NCBI GenBank assembly: GCA_963575745.1 | Contig: CAUYUJ010000203.1 | Location: 434,001 to 498,000, forward strand | Source: Prorocentrum cordatum | Taxonomy: Eukaryota | DNA: 64,000 bases | Direction: 5' to 3' | Part shown: positions 13,584 to 25,199 of the stretch, in pieces | How positions within the stretch are numbered: position 1 is the stretch's first letter | Layout: each line of letters opens with the position of its first letter | The notes under the pieces: model-generated | What the model was told of the DNA's origin: nothing | Databases searched by the model: none | What the model saw: only the letters and a program-made list of their open reading frames with translations | Made by a program: the position numbers and the translations under genes

Positions 13584-13799
13584 GAGGAGGAGGAGGAGGA
13601 GGAGGAGGAGGAGGAGAGGAGGAGGAGAGAGGAGGAGGAGGGGAAGGAGGAGGAAGAAAAGGAGGAGGAGGAGGAGCAAAGGGAAGGAGGAAGAGGAGGA
13701 GGAGGAGGAGGAGGAGGAGGAGGAGGAGAGGAGGAACGCGGGGCGCTGTCTCTTCAAAACGAGGACCCAACACCACACGATGGTCGGGGACAAAACAAT

Positions 13800-14400
13800 A
13801 TAACATGCTCCTCGCGGCTAAATCTGGATCATGCGCGGCCACCCCGCGATCACTGTGAAGTGGTTTTTGACAGGGACGGCGGGGGTGGTGGCGTATGGCC
13901 TGCTGTGCGCACGCCCACCAGACACAATGATGGGCATTGGTTACCAATAAAAATGGCGGGGGCCGACACGTTTCCTGTGTGCTGTCACGTGCAAAGGCGC
14001 ACCTGACGCAATCTGCACGTGCCCCGAACGTGGCACACTTGGCGTGGCTGGAGTGTGCGGCACACCCGGCGAACTCGGAGCACGTGGCGCATCTGGCGCA
14101 CCAGGCGTGCCTGGCACGCTCGGGCCCCAGGGGTGCCTGGCGCGCGTGGCGCCCCTGGCACGCGCGGCGCACCTCGCCCAAGCGTCGCTCACCTGGTCTC
14201 AGTTTTGGTTCCCAGTAATTGCCCATCCATGCACTCCCTCCCCCAGGCGGCCAGGGGCCAACCAGGCACCATGAGGACACCATGCCGACACCATAACGAC
14301 CAGCCCCCCACCGTCCCTGTGAAAGAACAATACAACACGCACTCTGCCTCCACATTTGGAGCATGCGCGGCCAAACCGATGCGCCACCCCCCACCATCCC
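13800..14400. repeat. Long repeat unit that continues at 18138-18740; related copy at about 9950-10150
   Basis: 13800-14230 matches 18320-18740. 14255-14400 plus 18138-18240 together match 9950-10150. Confidence 0.8.
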
Positions 14401-14810
14401 TTTTTGGGGGGGGGACTCTCCTGCAACTTCTCCTCCGCCGGCCTCGTGGAATCGGCGCGACGCCGGAGCCTGGTTGGCATCAATTCGCAGAGAAAGACCA
14501 GCGGCTACGCGCCTCGCACTGCGGGCGGCGCCTGGCAGATCCAACCTACTGCAACTCAGCGGCGAGCATGTGAAGGAGTGCACGCGTACACAGCTCGCTC
14601 TACAAAACAGCGCACGCAGCCAAGACGCGCGCACGCGGTCGCCGCGCTGCACTCGGGAGCGCGGGCGGTGCGCACGACGGCTCGCCACCACTGCCGCCGC
14701 GACCAACCTCGCAGGCAAACTCGAGACGCGCTGCCTGAGCAAGCGCACCTCAGCTGCGAGTCGTGTCTGAGCTTGAGTCCCAGGGGCGGTCCGCTAAAAC
14801 TCACGAATCG

Positions 14811-15154
14811 CAAACTGACGGCGAGAGCGTCGCGAAGTCCAACCCCCGTCTGACCATCGGCACCCGCCAGGTCCAGCCGCCACGCCAGCTATCGGCCCGG
14901 GGAGTCCGCAGCGCTTCGGCGAGGACATGGAGGAGCGACCTCAGCACAAAGGGGGGCGAGCGAGCGCCCTTACTACGCCTAGGGCCTAGGCTGCTCAAAC
15001 TGACGGCGAGAGCGTCGCGAAGTCCAAACCCCGTCTGACCATCGGCACCCGCCAGGTCCAGCCGCCACGCCAGCTATCGGCTCGGGGAGTCCGCAGCGCT
15101 TTGGCGAGGACATGGAGGAGCGACCTCAGCACAAAGCGGGGCGAGCGAGCGCCC
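14811..15154. repeat. Near-identical tandem duplication (about 159 bp, period 185)
   Basis: CAAACTGACGGCGAGAGCGTCGCGAAGTCC... at 14811 and 14996. Confidence 0.9.
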
Positions 15155-15963
15155 TCCCTCAGTGCTCACTCGACGGGTGGCCTGCAGCAGGCCGAGGGCG
15201 TGCACGCGCCGCCCCCGCTTCCACGGGGAGGGCCGCGCCGCCCCGCCCTCGAGCCGCAAGCGGCGCTATACAGCGCCTGCTCCAGGATGGCCAAAAAACA
15301 CCGCTTGCGACGGCGATGAAGGCGCTGTGCAGCGCCTGCTCCAGGAGGGGGGGGGAGAGGCCAGACGGCCCAGCGGAGCCAGACCCCTGCCTCTCGGCGT
15401 TGGATCTCGACGTCCGACTTTCGACAGCCTGAGCAGCAGGCAAAAGAGGAAGGCAGACGAGGGCACTGCACCATCCGCAGGGAGGGCCGCGCCGCCCCGC
15501 CCTCGAGGAGCCGCACATGGCGGGCGCTATACAGCGCCGGCTCCAGGATGGACAAATACCGTTTGCGACGGCGATGGACGCGCTATACAGCGCCTGCTCC
15601 GGGATGGGAAAAAAAACATTTGCTCCGGGATGGAAAAGTGCCATGTGCGACGGCGATGGACGCGCTATACAGCGCCTGCTCCGGGATGGAAAATACAAGT
15701 TGCGACGGCGACTCTATATAGATAGAGAGAGAGAGAGGAAGAATGAAAGATTTGCTTGGGGAAAAGATGGGGGCGAGAACGCTCATCGAACACCCGGTTA
15801 ACTTAAGAATCGCTAGCGAGATAGACCTAGCGGACAAATTCTGAGGCGCAAACACCGCCCCAGGGAATGGGGAGGGGAGCGCGAAACCATAATGCACACG
15901 AAGATGAGTGGAAGCTCAACGCCTCTTGGATGCAGACTTGCTGGAAAGAATCATACGGGCCTC

Positions 15964-18035
15964 TTACGCACCGACTAACGTCACATCGAGTTCGGCAGCA
16001 GGGGCCTTCGCTTGCACGGCCACGTACGGCACGGACGAATGGTGCAGGAAGATGCGAACCTTACCGTCCTCGCAGCGTTTGTAGCCAAAGGTGTACTCGA
16101 CTTTGGACTTCTCTCCAGTTGTTGCGCAGGTGAAATAATAGTTGCCCATGGCGATGGCAATACTACTTTTGACTGCGACTTGGTGGTTGTCGTACACGCA
16201 ATCCGACCAGCCCTTGCCACCATTGATCGCAAAACCGCCGTCCTCAGCGTACCCATTATCGACAGCCTTGCAGCCGACGAAATAGGACATGGCCTCCTCG
16301 GCCTTGGGCCGGAACTGGTGCTGGGCAGCCTTGGTCGGCTTGAAAAGCACGTCGTACTTGCCGTAGGCGTAGAGCTCACCAGCTGCGGTAGCAGCGGCCT
16401 GGACGTAGTCGCCGTTCTCCTTGTAAATCTTCGAAATGCTTTTGATCGCGCCCGCCCATGCGTTCTGCACAGCGATCACATCTTCCCTGGTGACCGCTGC
16501 TGTGCTGGCCGCCATATTTGCCTTGGGGTCCGCTGCTTTACTGGAGACGGCGTATGGCACGGACGAATGGTGCAGGAAGATGCGCACCTTACCGTCGTCG
16601 CAGCGTTGGTAGCCAAAGGTGTACTCGACTTTGGATTTCTCTCCACTTGTTGCGCAGGTGAAATTCGCTGGCCCAACGGGCCAGAGGCGTGCTAAGATCT
16701 CCAGTAACTACTCAACAATATTTCTAGTTCGCGCGCGCGGGGCGGCCCCTGGGGGCCCCCGGACGAAAAGTACCCCGGCTGATCCCCGGCCGGATCCCGG
16801 GCGATCCCCAGGAGGGAGGCTATTCTTCGCCACCCCGTCGCGAGGATCGTGAACTCCGAGGGGGTGGCTGCAATCGAGTGCCCCCCCTCCCGCCCCAAGG
16901 GGCCCCCGAGAGCCCCCTAAGAGGTCCCAGGGGAGCCCAAGACGTCGCCAAGGAGCCCCAAGACGCTCCCAAGAAGCCCCCAAAAGGCCCCCAAGACGGC
17001 CCCAAGAGGCCCCAAATAGCGCTCCAGGGCCGGCGGAATGAGCAAAGCGATTGAATAATAGTTGCCCATGGCGATGGCGACATCGGTCTTGAGTGCGATC
17101 TGGTGGTTGTCGTACACGCAATCCGACCAGCCCTTGCCGCCGTTGATCGCAAAACCGCCGTCCTCAGCGTACCCTTTGTCGACAGCCTTGCAGCCGACGA
17201 AGTAGGACATGGCCTCCTCGGCCTTGGGCCGGAACTGGTGCTGGGCAGCCTTGGTCGGCTTGAAAAGCACGTCGTACTTGCCGTAGGCGTAGAGCTCACC
17301 AGCTGCGGTAGCAGCGGCCTGGACGTAGTCGCCGTTCTCCTTGTAAATCTTCGAAATGTTTTTGATCGCGCCCGCCCATGCGTTCTGCACAGCGATCACA
17401 TCTTCCCTGGTGACCGCTGCTGTGCTGGCCGCCATATTTGCTTTGGGGTCCGCTGCCTTACTGGAGGCGGTGAACGGCACGGACGAATGGTGCAAGAAGA
17501 TGCGAACCTTACCGTCATCGCAGCGTTGGTAGCCAAAGGTGTACTCGACTTTGGACTTCTCTCCAGTTGTTGCGCAGGTGAAATAATAGTTGCCCATGGC
17601 GATGGCGACATGACCATTGAGATCTATCTGGTGGTTGTCGTACACGCAATCTGACCAGCCCTTGCCACCATTGATCGCAAAACCGCCGTCCTCATCGTAC
17701 CCATTATCGACAGCCTTGCAGCCGACAAAATAGGACATGGCCTCCTCGGCCTTGGGCCGGAACTGGTGCTGAGCAGCCTTGGTCGGCTTGAAAAGCACGT
17801 CGTACTTACCGTAGGCGTAGAGCTCACCAGCTGCGGTAGCAGCGGCCTGGACGTAGTCGCCGTTCTCCTTGTAAATCTTCGAAATGCTTTTGATCGCGCC
17901 CGCCCATGCGTTCTGCACAGCGATCACATCTTCCCGAGTAACGTCGGCCCCCGCCGCCCCAACAACGTCGGCCCTCGCCGCTCCCACGACTTCCGTTGCC
18001 TGGGATTTCGGCGTGGACTTACACAGACCGAACAT
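15964..18035 (-). CDS. Three-repeat COG4337-like (NTF2-fold, iota-class) carbonic anhydrase-like protein; processed retrocopy interrupted by a 392-bp insert. Join 18035..17055 + 16662..15964 gives 559 aa; possibly a pseudogene
   Basis: Three near-identical domains with a 176-aa (528-bp) period: VTREDVIAVQNAWAGAI...LYAY...VLFKPTKA...FRP...AMSYFVG...EDGGFAI...AMGNYYF...KVEYTFGY...RIFLHHSSVP. The HHSS, LFKPT and AMGNY-x-F motifs are typical of the family. Domain 2 to domain 3 spacing is 920 = 528+392. No introns otherwise, and an SL lies 65 nt upstream of the ATG. Confidence 0.85.
16663..17054. mobile_element. 392-bp dispersed-repeat fragment inserted in CA domain 2
   Basis: Removing it restores MGNYY|FTCAT. 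AAT is duplicated at the junctions. The left part matches 53201-53320 and the right part is the CCCCAAGA-rich family. Confidence 0.8.
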
Positions 18036-18100
18036 GGCGAAAGCCCGGCTGGCGAGACAACACTAAACTGGTGGCGCGATATGCCTGCGTGTCAACCACA

Positions 18101-18115
18101 CTTGAGCAAAAATGG
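18101..18115 (-). other. Relic spliced leader in tandem with the full SL
   Basis: Reverse complement CCATTTTTGCTCAAG versus the 15-nt relic CCATTTTGGCTCAAG (1 mismatch), directly 3' of the full SL. Confidence 0.9.
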
Positions 18116-18137
18116 CTTGAGCCAAAATGGCTACGGA
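18116..18137 (-). other. Genomic copy of the dinoflagellate spliced leader (full 22-nt DinoSL)
   Basis: Reverse complement reads TCCGTAGCCATTTTGGCTCAAG, an exact match to the consensus. Confidence 0.95.
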
Positions 18138-18829
18138 CGCCCCCCCCCACCATCCCCGTCGAACAACAATGCAACATACACTTTGGGGCACAGTCTTGAG
18201 CCATGTCCGTGAGGCCCGCGAGCACTTTGCATTGTTTCTTGACAAGGACGGCGGGGGTGTCGGCAGATTCCCTGCTGTGCGCAGGGCTATCATCCCTCAC
18301 TCCCCCAAAAAAACAATCCTAACATGCACCTCGCGGCTAAATCTGGATCATGCGCGGCCATGCCGCGATCACTGTTAAGTGTTTTCTGATAGGGACGGCG
18401 GGGGTGGTGACACGTGGCCTGCTGTGCGCAGGCCCACCAGACACAATGATGGGCATCGGTTTTCGACAAGGATGGCGGGGGCCGACATGTTTCCCGATGT
18501 GTGGTATCACGTGCGCAGGCTCACCTGACGCACTCTGCACGTGCCCCGAAAGGCGGCGCACCTGGCGCGGCTGGAGTGTGCGGCACACCTGGCGAACTCG
18601 GAGCTGGCGCACCAGGCGTGCCTGGCAGGCTCGGGCCCTAGGGGTGCCTGGCGCGCGTGGCGCCCCTGGCACGCGCGGCGCACCTCGCCCAAACGTCGCG
18701 CAGTTGGGGTCGGCTTTGGTTCTCAGTAACTGTCCATCCAAAATCGACCGCTGGACATGCTCAGGCTCGGTTGCTTATTCGTAGGGAGGGCAGGTGGGAG
18801 TGAGCTAGACGGCTTGCGGGCGGATGGGT

Positions 18830-19500
18830 AGCTTGACCCCTCCCCCTACCCCCTCCCCTGGGCCCGGGAGGGGGGGAGGAGGGGGGGGCGAACCGACAGA
18901 CTGCCCAAGATGGCCCCAAGAGGGCCATCGGCAGTCCAAGACGGCCTCCAAAATGGCCCAACATACCTCAGCGTCGCTCAAGATAGCCTCCGACATGCCT
19001 CCAAGGCGGCCCAAAGCAGCCCCCAAGGGGGTTCCGAGTGCCCGTTGAGCTTCCCAGGGCCCCCCCCAAAGAGGCCACAAACTACCCAAACCTTTGTATC
19101 AATCAAGGTGTGGTTGGGCTTCTCGCACGTTCGTTTCCGATGAGCCCTTTTGGGCCTCAAAATGACACCAAGATGGCTCAATAGAGGCCCACGAGGGCTC
19201 CAATACGGCCCCCAAAACGCCCAAGAGGCGCCCAAGAGCGGCCCAAGAGGCCCCCAAGAGGCGATATTGGAGCTCACGAGGAGGGGGCCTGACCTGATTC
19301 CCCCCACTTCTTGGTGCGATCTCCTCCAGGGTGGCCCCAAGCGAGCCCAAAGGGGCGCCCAACACCACAAGGGAGGCGACCAGCATCACCAGCGAGGCCC
19401 CCAAGCGGCCCCCCAAACGCCCCCACGAGAGACCAATGGGGGCTCCAAGAGGCTTCCCCGAGGCATCACAAACGCCCCCAGAGGCCGCAAGGACCACCAA
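18830..19500. repeat. CCCCAAGA-rich dispersed repeat family; other copies at about 16900-17030, 32030-32400, 48940-49350 (reverse), 50420-50680 and 53330-53710
   Basis: Recurrent GGCCCCAAGA(C/G/T)GG units and a shared CCCTCCCCCTACCCCCTCCCC motif at about 18838 and 32041. Confidence 0.75.
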
Positions 19501-20559
19501 GACCTCTCCTCCTCCTCCTCCTCCTCCTCCTCCTCCTCCTCCTCCTCCTCTCCTCCTCCTCCTCCTCCTCCTCCTCCTCCTCCTCCCTCCTCCTCTCCTC
19601 CTCCTCCTCCTCCTCCTCCTCCTCCTCCTCCTACCCTTCCTCCTCCTCCTCCTCCTCCTCCTCCTCCCCTCCTCCTCCTCCTCCTCCTCCTCCTCCTCCC
19701 CCCTCTCCTCCTCCTCCTCATCCTCCTGTACTGTGCTCAATGGAAGCGGCCGTCGATGCCAACCGCCCCAAACAACAACACACGCTCCTAGTAACATGTG
19801 ACTACGGAGCGGGCCGCACACATCCAAACCTTGCAAGAAGCTGGGCAGGGCCCCAACATTCTTCCCACAAGCCTGGGAAACAAGCTGCCTGCTCATTGTC
19901 TTCAGCTTGCCGGACCTGGACCCCATCTATTGGCCGACCTGATCAAGGCCAACAAGTCAAATGGAGACGGGGGTCCATGTCCTGAAACAGTCCAACCTGC
20001 ATGCGGCTTCCCCAAAGACGGGAAAACTCCTCGCAGAAATCTGGACCTCTGCTGCCTGAGGTCCTTAGTCCGGGGCGTGCTCTGACACTTGGCCGCCCAG
20101 GAAAAGACCCCAGACCAGGCATATCCACCACACTTCAAGCAGCAGGTCACCCACCCACTCCCACCAGCCCCCCCGCCGTCCCTGACGACGACCTTTGCTT
20201 TGCAAAGGTTGTGGCCCTGCAGTCTGGGCAGGAGGGTGGTTTCGCTAAGCACCTCCCCAGGTGCATCATCGGGCGCGTCAGACAAAATGGGCACCTTGAA
20301 ATCGATGCGCGGCGCCCACCGTCGACGCCCAAACTCGGAAAGAATATTCATCTGCCTGACAGCTGCACGCTTTGATGGCCTAGATTGGGTGGAATTCGGC
20401 GAATCACAATCCACCGCAACGTGCCCAGGGAAACCAGACGAATCCACCCAACCCCTCGCGGCCATAAAAGCATCTTGCATGCTGCCCCACCTGAGCAGCT
20501 CTTTCTGGTGCTCAATCAAGCGGGAACGAAGCTCAAGAGACTGCTCAGGCAACGGGTGG

Positions 20560-21060
20560 AACGCAGCTCCTAGCCTGGCACATCTGTCCGCGTGCTTATT
20601 GCCGAGGCGCCGTGCCCCCGAGAATCTACAATTCAAGACATCCGAGGCCGTCGCATGGCTTTTGACCTTGGAAGCAGGCAAACCATTTTCAAAAACATGT
20701 CAAACCTTGGTCCAGAGGTGCGCCCGAGGATTCTGGGAAGAGCAGCTGCTGGCACTGTCCCAGACACAACCAAAGGCCCCCCCGGCAACCCGTTGAATAC
20801 GCGTTGCCGGAAAATGGTGCAACAAGCTCTGACGCCACTTTGTAGGCGTAGTCCTCGCCATCTCTAGCCTGCTGCCACGGGGCATCTTCCCAGGGCACAG
20901 GCCCATCGGCAGCAGAAATCACATCTCCAAGTTCGTTAGTTTGGACCAGACTCCAGCCAGCCCTGCGGGTTTCAACGCGCTGAAGGTTAATCGCCGAACC
21001 GTCGGTAAAAATTCTACCACTCAGCCTACCAGAGGCTGGCCTGTTAAACCACACCACTTT
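20560..21060 (-). pseudogene. RNase H domain remnant of the LINE
   Basis: IFTDGSA, RRAGWSLV, QARDGEDYA, KVKSHAT...LGNKHADRCARLGA (the GNxxADxxA helix). Confidence 0.78.
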
Positions 21061-21899
21061 ACAGGAGGAACGAGCAAGAGGAGGGGGAACCAGCTCACGA
21101 GGATGAGGGAGCACCCCAGCAGCATATTTCTCAAGATCCCGCCCCCAGTCCTTTACTCGTCTCGCCGCCTTGGCACAGGCAGCAGAGAGGCATTGACGTC
21201 TGTCTCCGTCGAAGGCCTCACACTCGAACCCCCAATGTTCAAAGTGCCCCTGCCAGCCAGGCACAGCGGGCAGAGGTCGTTCTCGGCCAGCCCGTGATCC
21301 TTGAGGCGAGCCTGAGTCCAGGAACCTAGAGCAAACGCATTTCTCAGACGCGCTTTGCGGTGGGGTCCCCAGACCTGGCTGCACCCATCTTTCAGAAGCT
21401 CTCTGAGCCCCTCCCACAGAACAGGCCTGCACCAAACTCCATTGAGCTCGGGCCTTAGGAGGAGAGCCCTTCTGTCAGCCCAGTGTCCTGCACCACGCTG
21501 CGCAAGACTGCTGACCATAACAGGCGATAGCGAAAGCTGGCCCACCACCTCACCCTGAGCGGCAGACACCTGTCTGGCCGAAGTAGGAGTCCAGCCTGGC
21601 TCGCGCAGCGCAAGTAAGTATACATGCGCTGGACAGGCACATGCATTCCACGGTCTTCGGACCGGCCAGAGTTCACCCACTGCACATTCGAACGCCAACT
21701 GCGCAACATCAAGCCCAGAAGAACCACCCCCAAAAGCCCGACAACACTGTAACACCACATTTGTATGGTAAAGAATGCATGGGCCCATTCGGGCTCCAAT
21801 AGGGTGAGCCCTGAGCCTGAATGAAGTGAGGGCCCCAGACTTGTCTTGGCTCAAACTGCGCGCGGCGGCAAGTCTCATCGAGCGCAACTGCTTGGGACT

Positions 21900-23050
21900 C
21901 AGACCTGCCACAGCAGAACCCCAGAGTCCTGCCGCTCGGGGTCCAGCGCACGGTGCATGGCCCACGAAGGCCCCCGCATTCTGCCATTCTTCAATCCCAG
22001 TAGCCTCCTGGATCGCTTGGAGGCCTTCAAGAGACGAGCACGTGCAGTGGGGTTTCGCCGAATACGTCTAGCAACAGCGTCACACCCCACTGACCGCACA
22101 ACATGCTGGGACTTTAAGCCGTACTTACTCCATAGCCCACGTGACGCAACGTCTAACTCCTTGCGCGATGCAATGCACTTGGTCTGTTTACCGGACAGCG
22201 CATGTCTGAGCTTCCCAAATCCCTCTTTCAACGTCACTCCGGCCCCTCCCAACTGCTCCCCCACAAACCGTACCGCACCGATGGGTCGCGTCGAAACATC
22301 ATCAATCACATTCCTGATCGTGAGAGAAGGGTATGCCGCAGTGAATGCCGAGAGTAATCTGTACAATACCACTCGCGCAAAAGATGTGGCCAAAACTGCA
22401 ACCTGCCAGGATCGCCCCTGCGGCGCGCAGAATTGCCGAGCACGCGCCCTGGAAAGTGAGAGCCCGAGCACCAACATACAACTGCATGGCAGCACGCGTC
22501 AGACAAAGACTGAGGCCAGTGGCATTGGCTTCCTAAAAAAAAAAAAAAAAAAAATCCGCGGTGCCAGACGCTCGTAAAACTTGTCCAGGTCGCTAAACAG
22601 GGTCCCAGAGTGGAGCCGCTTGACCCGTGCAAACGCACACAACATAGCATGGTTCCAACCAGCCCGGTCACACTCATCATCCCTTTCGCCCCCAAAGAAT
22701 CGAGCAGAGCGCGAGCGCTCCCAAGACCTGACCACCTGCTGACGGACTCTGGCCCAGACCCTTAGCACGCTAACAACAAGAGCCAGCGGGCGCAATCCAG
22801 CACCATCAGGTGTACCCAGGAACACTATGAGGGTGGCATACTTGCCGGGCAACTTGGGCCTCTTTTCCAACAGCATCAACAGGTCCGTCAACCGATCCAC
22901 GTACTCATCGGGCAACAATAACCAACTCCTAGGATTCATACAATCGGCTCCTAAACCAGTATCATGCTTGAACTTATTGGGAGCCCACCTAACTTGTTGC
23001 CTGTCGGGTCTCACAGGAGGAGGCCCTGCATCTGCTTCGGCATGCTGCAA
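21900..23050 (-). pseudogene. Non-LTR reverse transcriptase remnant
   Basis: TGLGAD (PGxD-like), IVFLGTPDGAGLRPLAL...RVWARVR (domains 1/2), FSDLDKFYE (DxxKAFD-like), QG-like segment, NVIDD (YADD-equivalent). A long A-run near 22535-22554 disrupts the frame. Confidence 0.82.
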
Positions 23051-23779
23051 CGGCAGGAGATCACACCGATGAGGGGGCCAATGCCTCCCCCATTAATCCT
23101 GAAGAGCAGAAATAGCACAATCACCTTGCAGCGCTCACCCTTCAAGAGAAAGAGGCCCCTGAGCAGGGGCCTTGACCTTGGAGTAGGCGCGCGCGGCCTT
23201 GCCGGCCTTGGCAGAAGCGGCGTCTTGGGCCCAGGCCTTCCAATCAGCCCATCTCTGGGAAGGCTTATCTTTTGAACTTGCTGTCGTAGCTCAGCTTGCA
23301 GGCTGGCCCCAGGTGCCCGATCTCGACCCCCTGGGAGTCCTCGATCTTCCTGATGAAACCAGGATGGCCATGGGGCTAGACACAGGAACTTGGCACCGAG
23401 ATTGTCCACGCTCAAGCCGAGAATGGAAGCGCGCAGCGCAGGCCGCATCGCAGAGCCCTCCAGGTCCCCCGCGCACTCTGCAGCCTAGACAAGATACGCA
23501 TCTAGAGCACGCCAAGCACGAAGTCGAGGATTACGGTGCGCAAGCCACTTTCCTTTCAAGACCGCGCCCTGGGAAACCTGCCTCCTCCTGAACACACCTC
23601 CACATCCTCCCCCGCGATATTATAGATGTGGCAGAGTTCGAGCTCGACGTTTTCAACCCATTGATCCCACGCCACTTCCAACTCCAGAGCGCCTGTGTCC
23701 CCCGTGTCCCAATCCCAGGGCAACTGCAGAGGCTCTCGAAGGCATCCAGCTTGAGGCTTAGTAGGGGACACTTTCCACT

Positions 23780-24530
23780 CAACTCTGGCTTGAACGGGCA
23801 GAGCTAGGCTGACCGCGCGTAGGGTAAGCTCCATAAGGGGAGTGCGGCGAGCAAGGTGCTTCACTCCAAACTGTAATAGCACTGACACAAGACGAAAGAC
23901 CAGCAGAGACAATAAAGTAGTCACACCCCTGTCCAGATCCCGCGGCGCACGTCTTTCTTCCCAGGAGAGATAACACAGGCCCCAAGCTTATGGCACCATT
24001 CAAATAATCCAGACGTCGCAGGATTCACATTAGCGTCACAGCCTATCACCCAGGGAAGTGCCAGAGAACCAAGATACTTCCCCAGGGCAGCCATCAGTGG
24101 AAGGCTGTCGCCCTGGACCTCCTGGGAGTGATGGAAAGACACAGGCGGCCAAATCAGACCACCAGATAAGACCCCATCGACATGTCTGGCCATGATGCTG
24201 CCACGGGTCTCAGGCAGCGTAGACCTCGTCCAGCTGCACCGTGCGCCGGCAGATGTGCGAGAGGCCCCCAGCCAATACACCTGCCGAAGTGGATAAAACA
24301 GACGTGTTTGTGCAGACTGCAGGGCAAACATCAGCATTGATACCTCGTGCTCGCAGGGGCCCAGCATATTGATTTATCACGTCCTGGTCAGAAGCCCTCG
24401 TCTTTTGCGCAGCCCAAAACTGTGGATTCGGACCTCGGGCCTCCTCCATTCTCCACTCCAAGAGAGGCTCCCAGGATGCCCAGGTATTCGCATTACAGGA
24501 AAAGAAAGCCCAATCAGTACGCTTTCCTTT
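23780..24530 (-). pseudogene. LINE apurinic-like (EEP) endonuclease remnant
   Basis: AFFSCNANTW (N-terminal motif), WAAQKTR (QE-like), SAGVL, PWVIGCDANV (GDxN motif), DYFIVS; several frameshifts. Confidence 0.72.
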
Positions 24531-25199
24531 AACTTTCCTGCCCCTGGAAGTCCCGCGAGGAGCAGCAGCGAGGACAGAGCCGGAAGCCTGCACGCAAGGC
24601 TCGCACCCCTGCCGCTGAGCAGCGGCAGCATCTCTAGGCCGAAGGTCAGGAACGGGGGCTTGGGCAGTTCGCAGTACTTCATCATCTGCATGAGGAGCTG
24701 CAACCCTGGCCTGACCAACGGGAAGAAGAACGCCGTCTTCTCGCTGAAGTGAGCGCTGATCAGCTTGACCAGACTCTTCAAGGCACGATTTCCTAACACC
24801 GGGTCGGAATAAACGTGGGAACGAGAGAGCACCTTCGGCGCTCGGAGACAGATCTGCAAACTCAGCACCAGTCGCTCGGTCTCCTCCAACAGGCTGCGCA
24901 GACAGCCCCCTCCCACCATGCGGGTAGACAACGCTGGCCGTGCTCGCAGGAGACCTGGCCGAAGGCGAAGACGAAGGTGGCATTGGCGCAGCCGCAGTGT
25001 GCCACCTCCTCCACGCATCATCAGGCGCAAACCTGCTGTCCTGAAACACTTTGTGTGGCTGCAGCGCAGGCATCGCAAAGCCCAGCTGCAGCCTGTCCAC
25101 ATCAATGACGTTGTGGTTCCAGAAATCCTCGTTGCCGAACTGCAAGACCTGCTTTGGAACTAACTCTGGAAAGAAGTAACAAAATGAGCATTGGCTCGA

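Noticed and set aside
15964..18035. Phosphoribosyl-AMP cyclohydrolase (hisI) label or bacterial contamination
   Set aside because: Lacks the HisI Cys/Asp motifs, carries DinoSL, and is embedded in host repeats.
18116..18137. SL RNA gene
   Set aside because: The SL is followed by a relic SL and a UTR/CDS, not a GT/GC-initiated SL intron. The same holds for the other SL copies.
18195..18203. CTTGAGCCA 9-mer matching SL (also at about 39567)
   Set aside because: Too short; one lies within the host repeat and the other within coding sequence.
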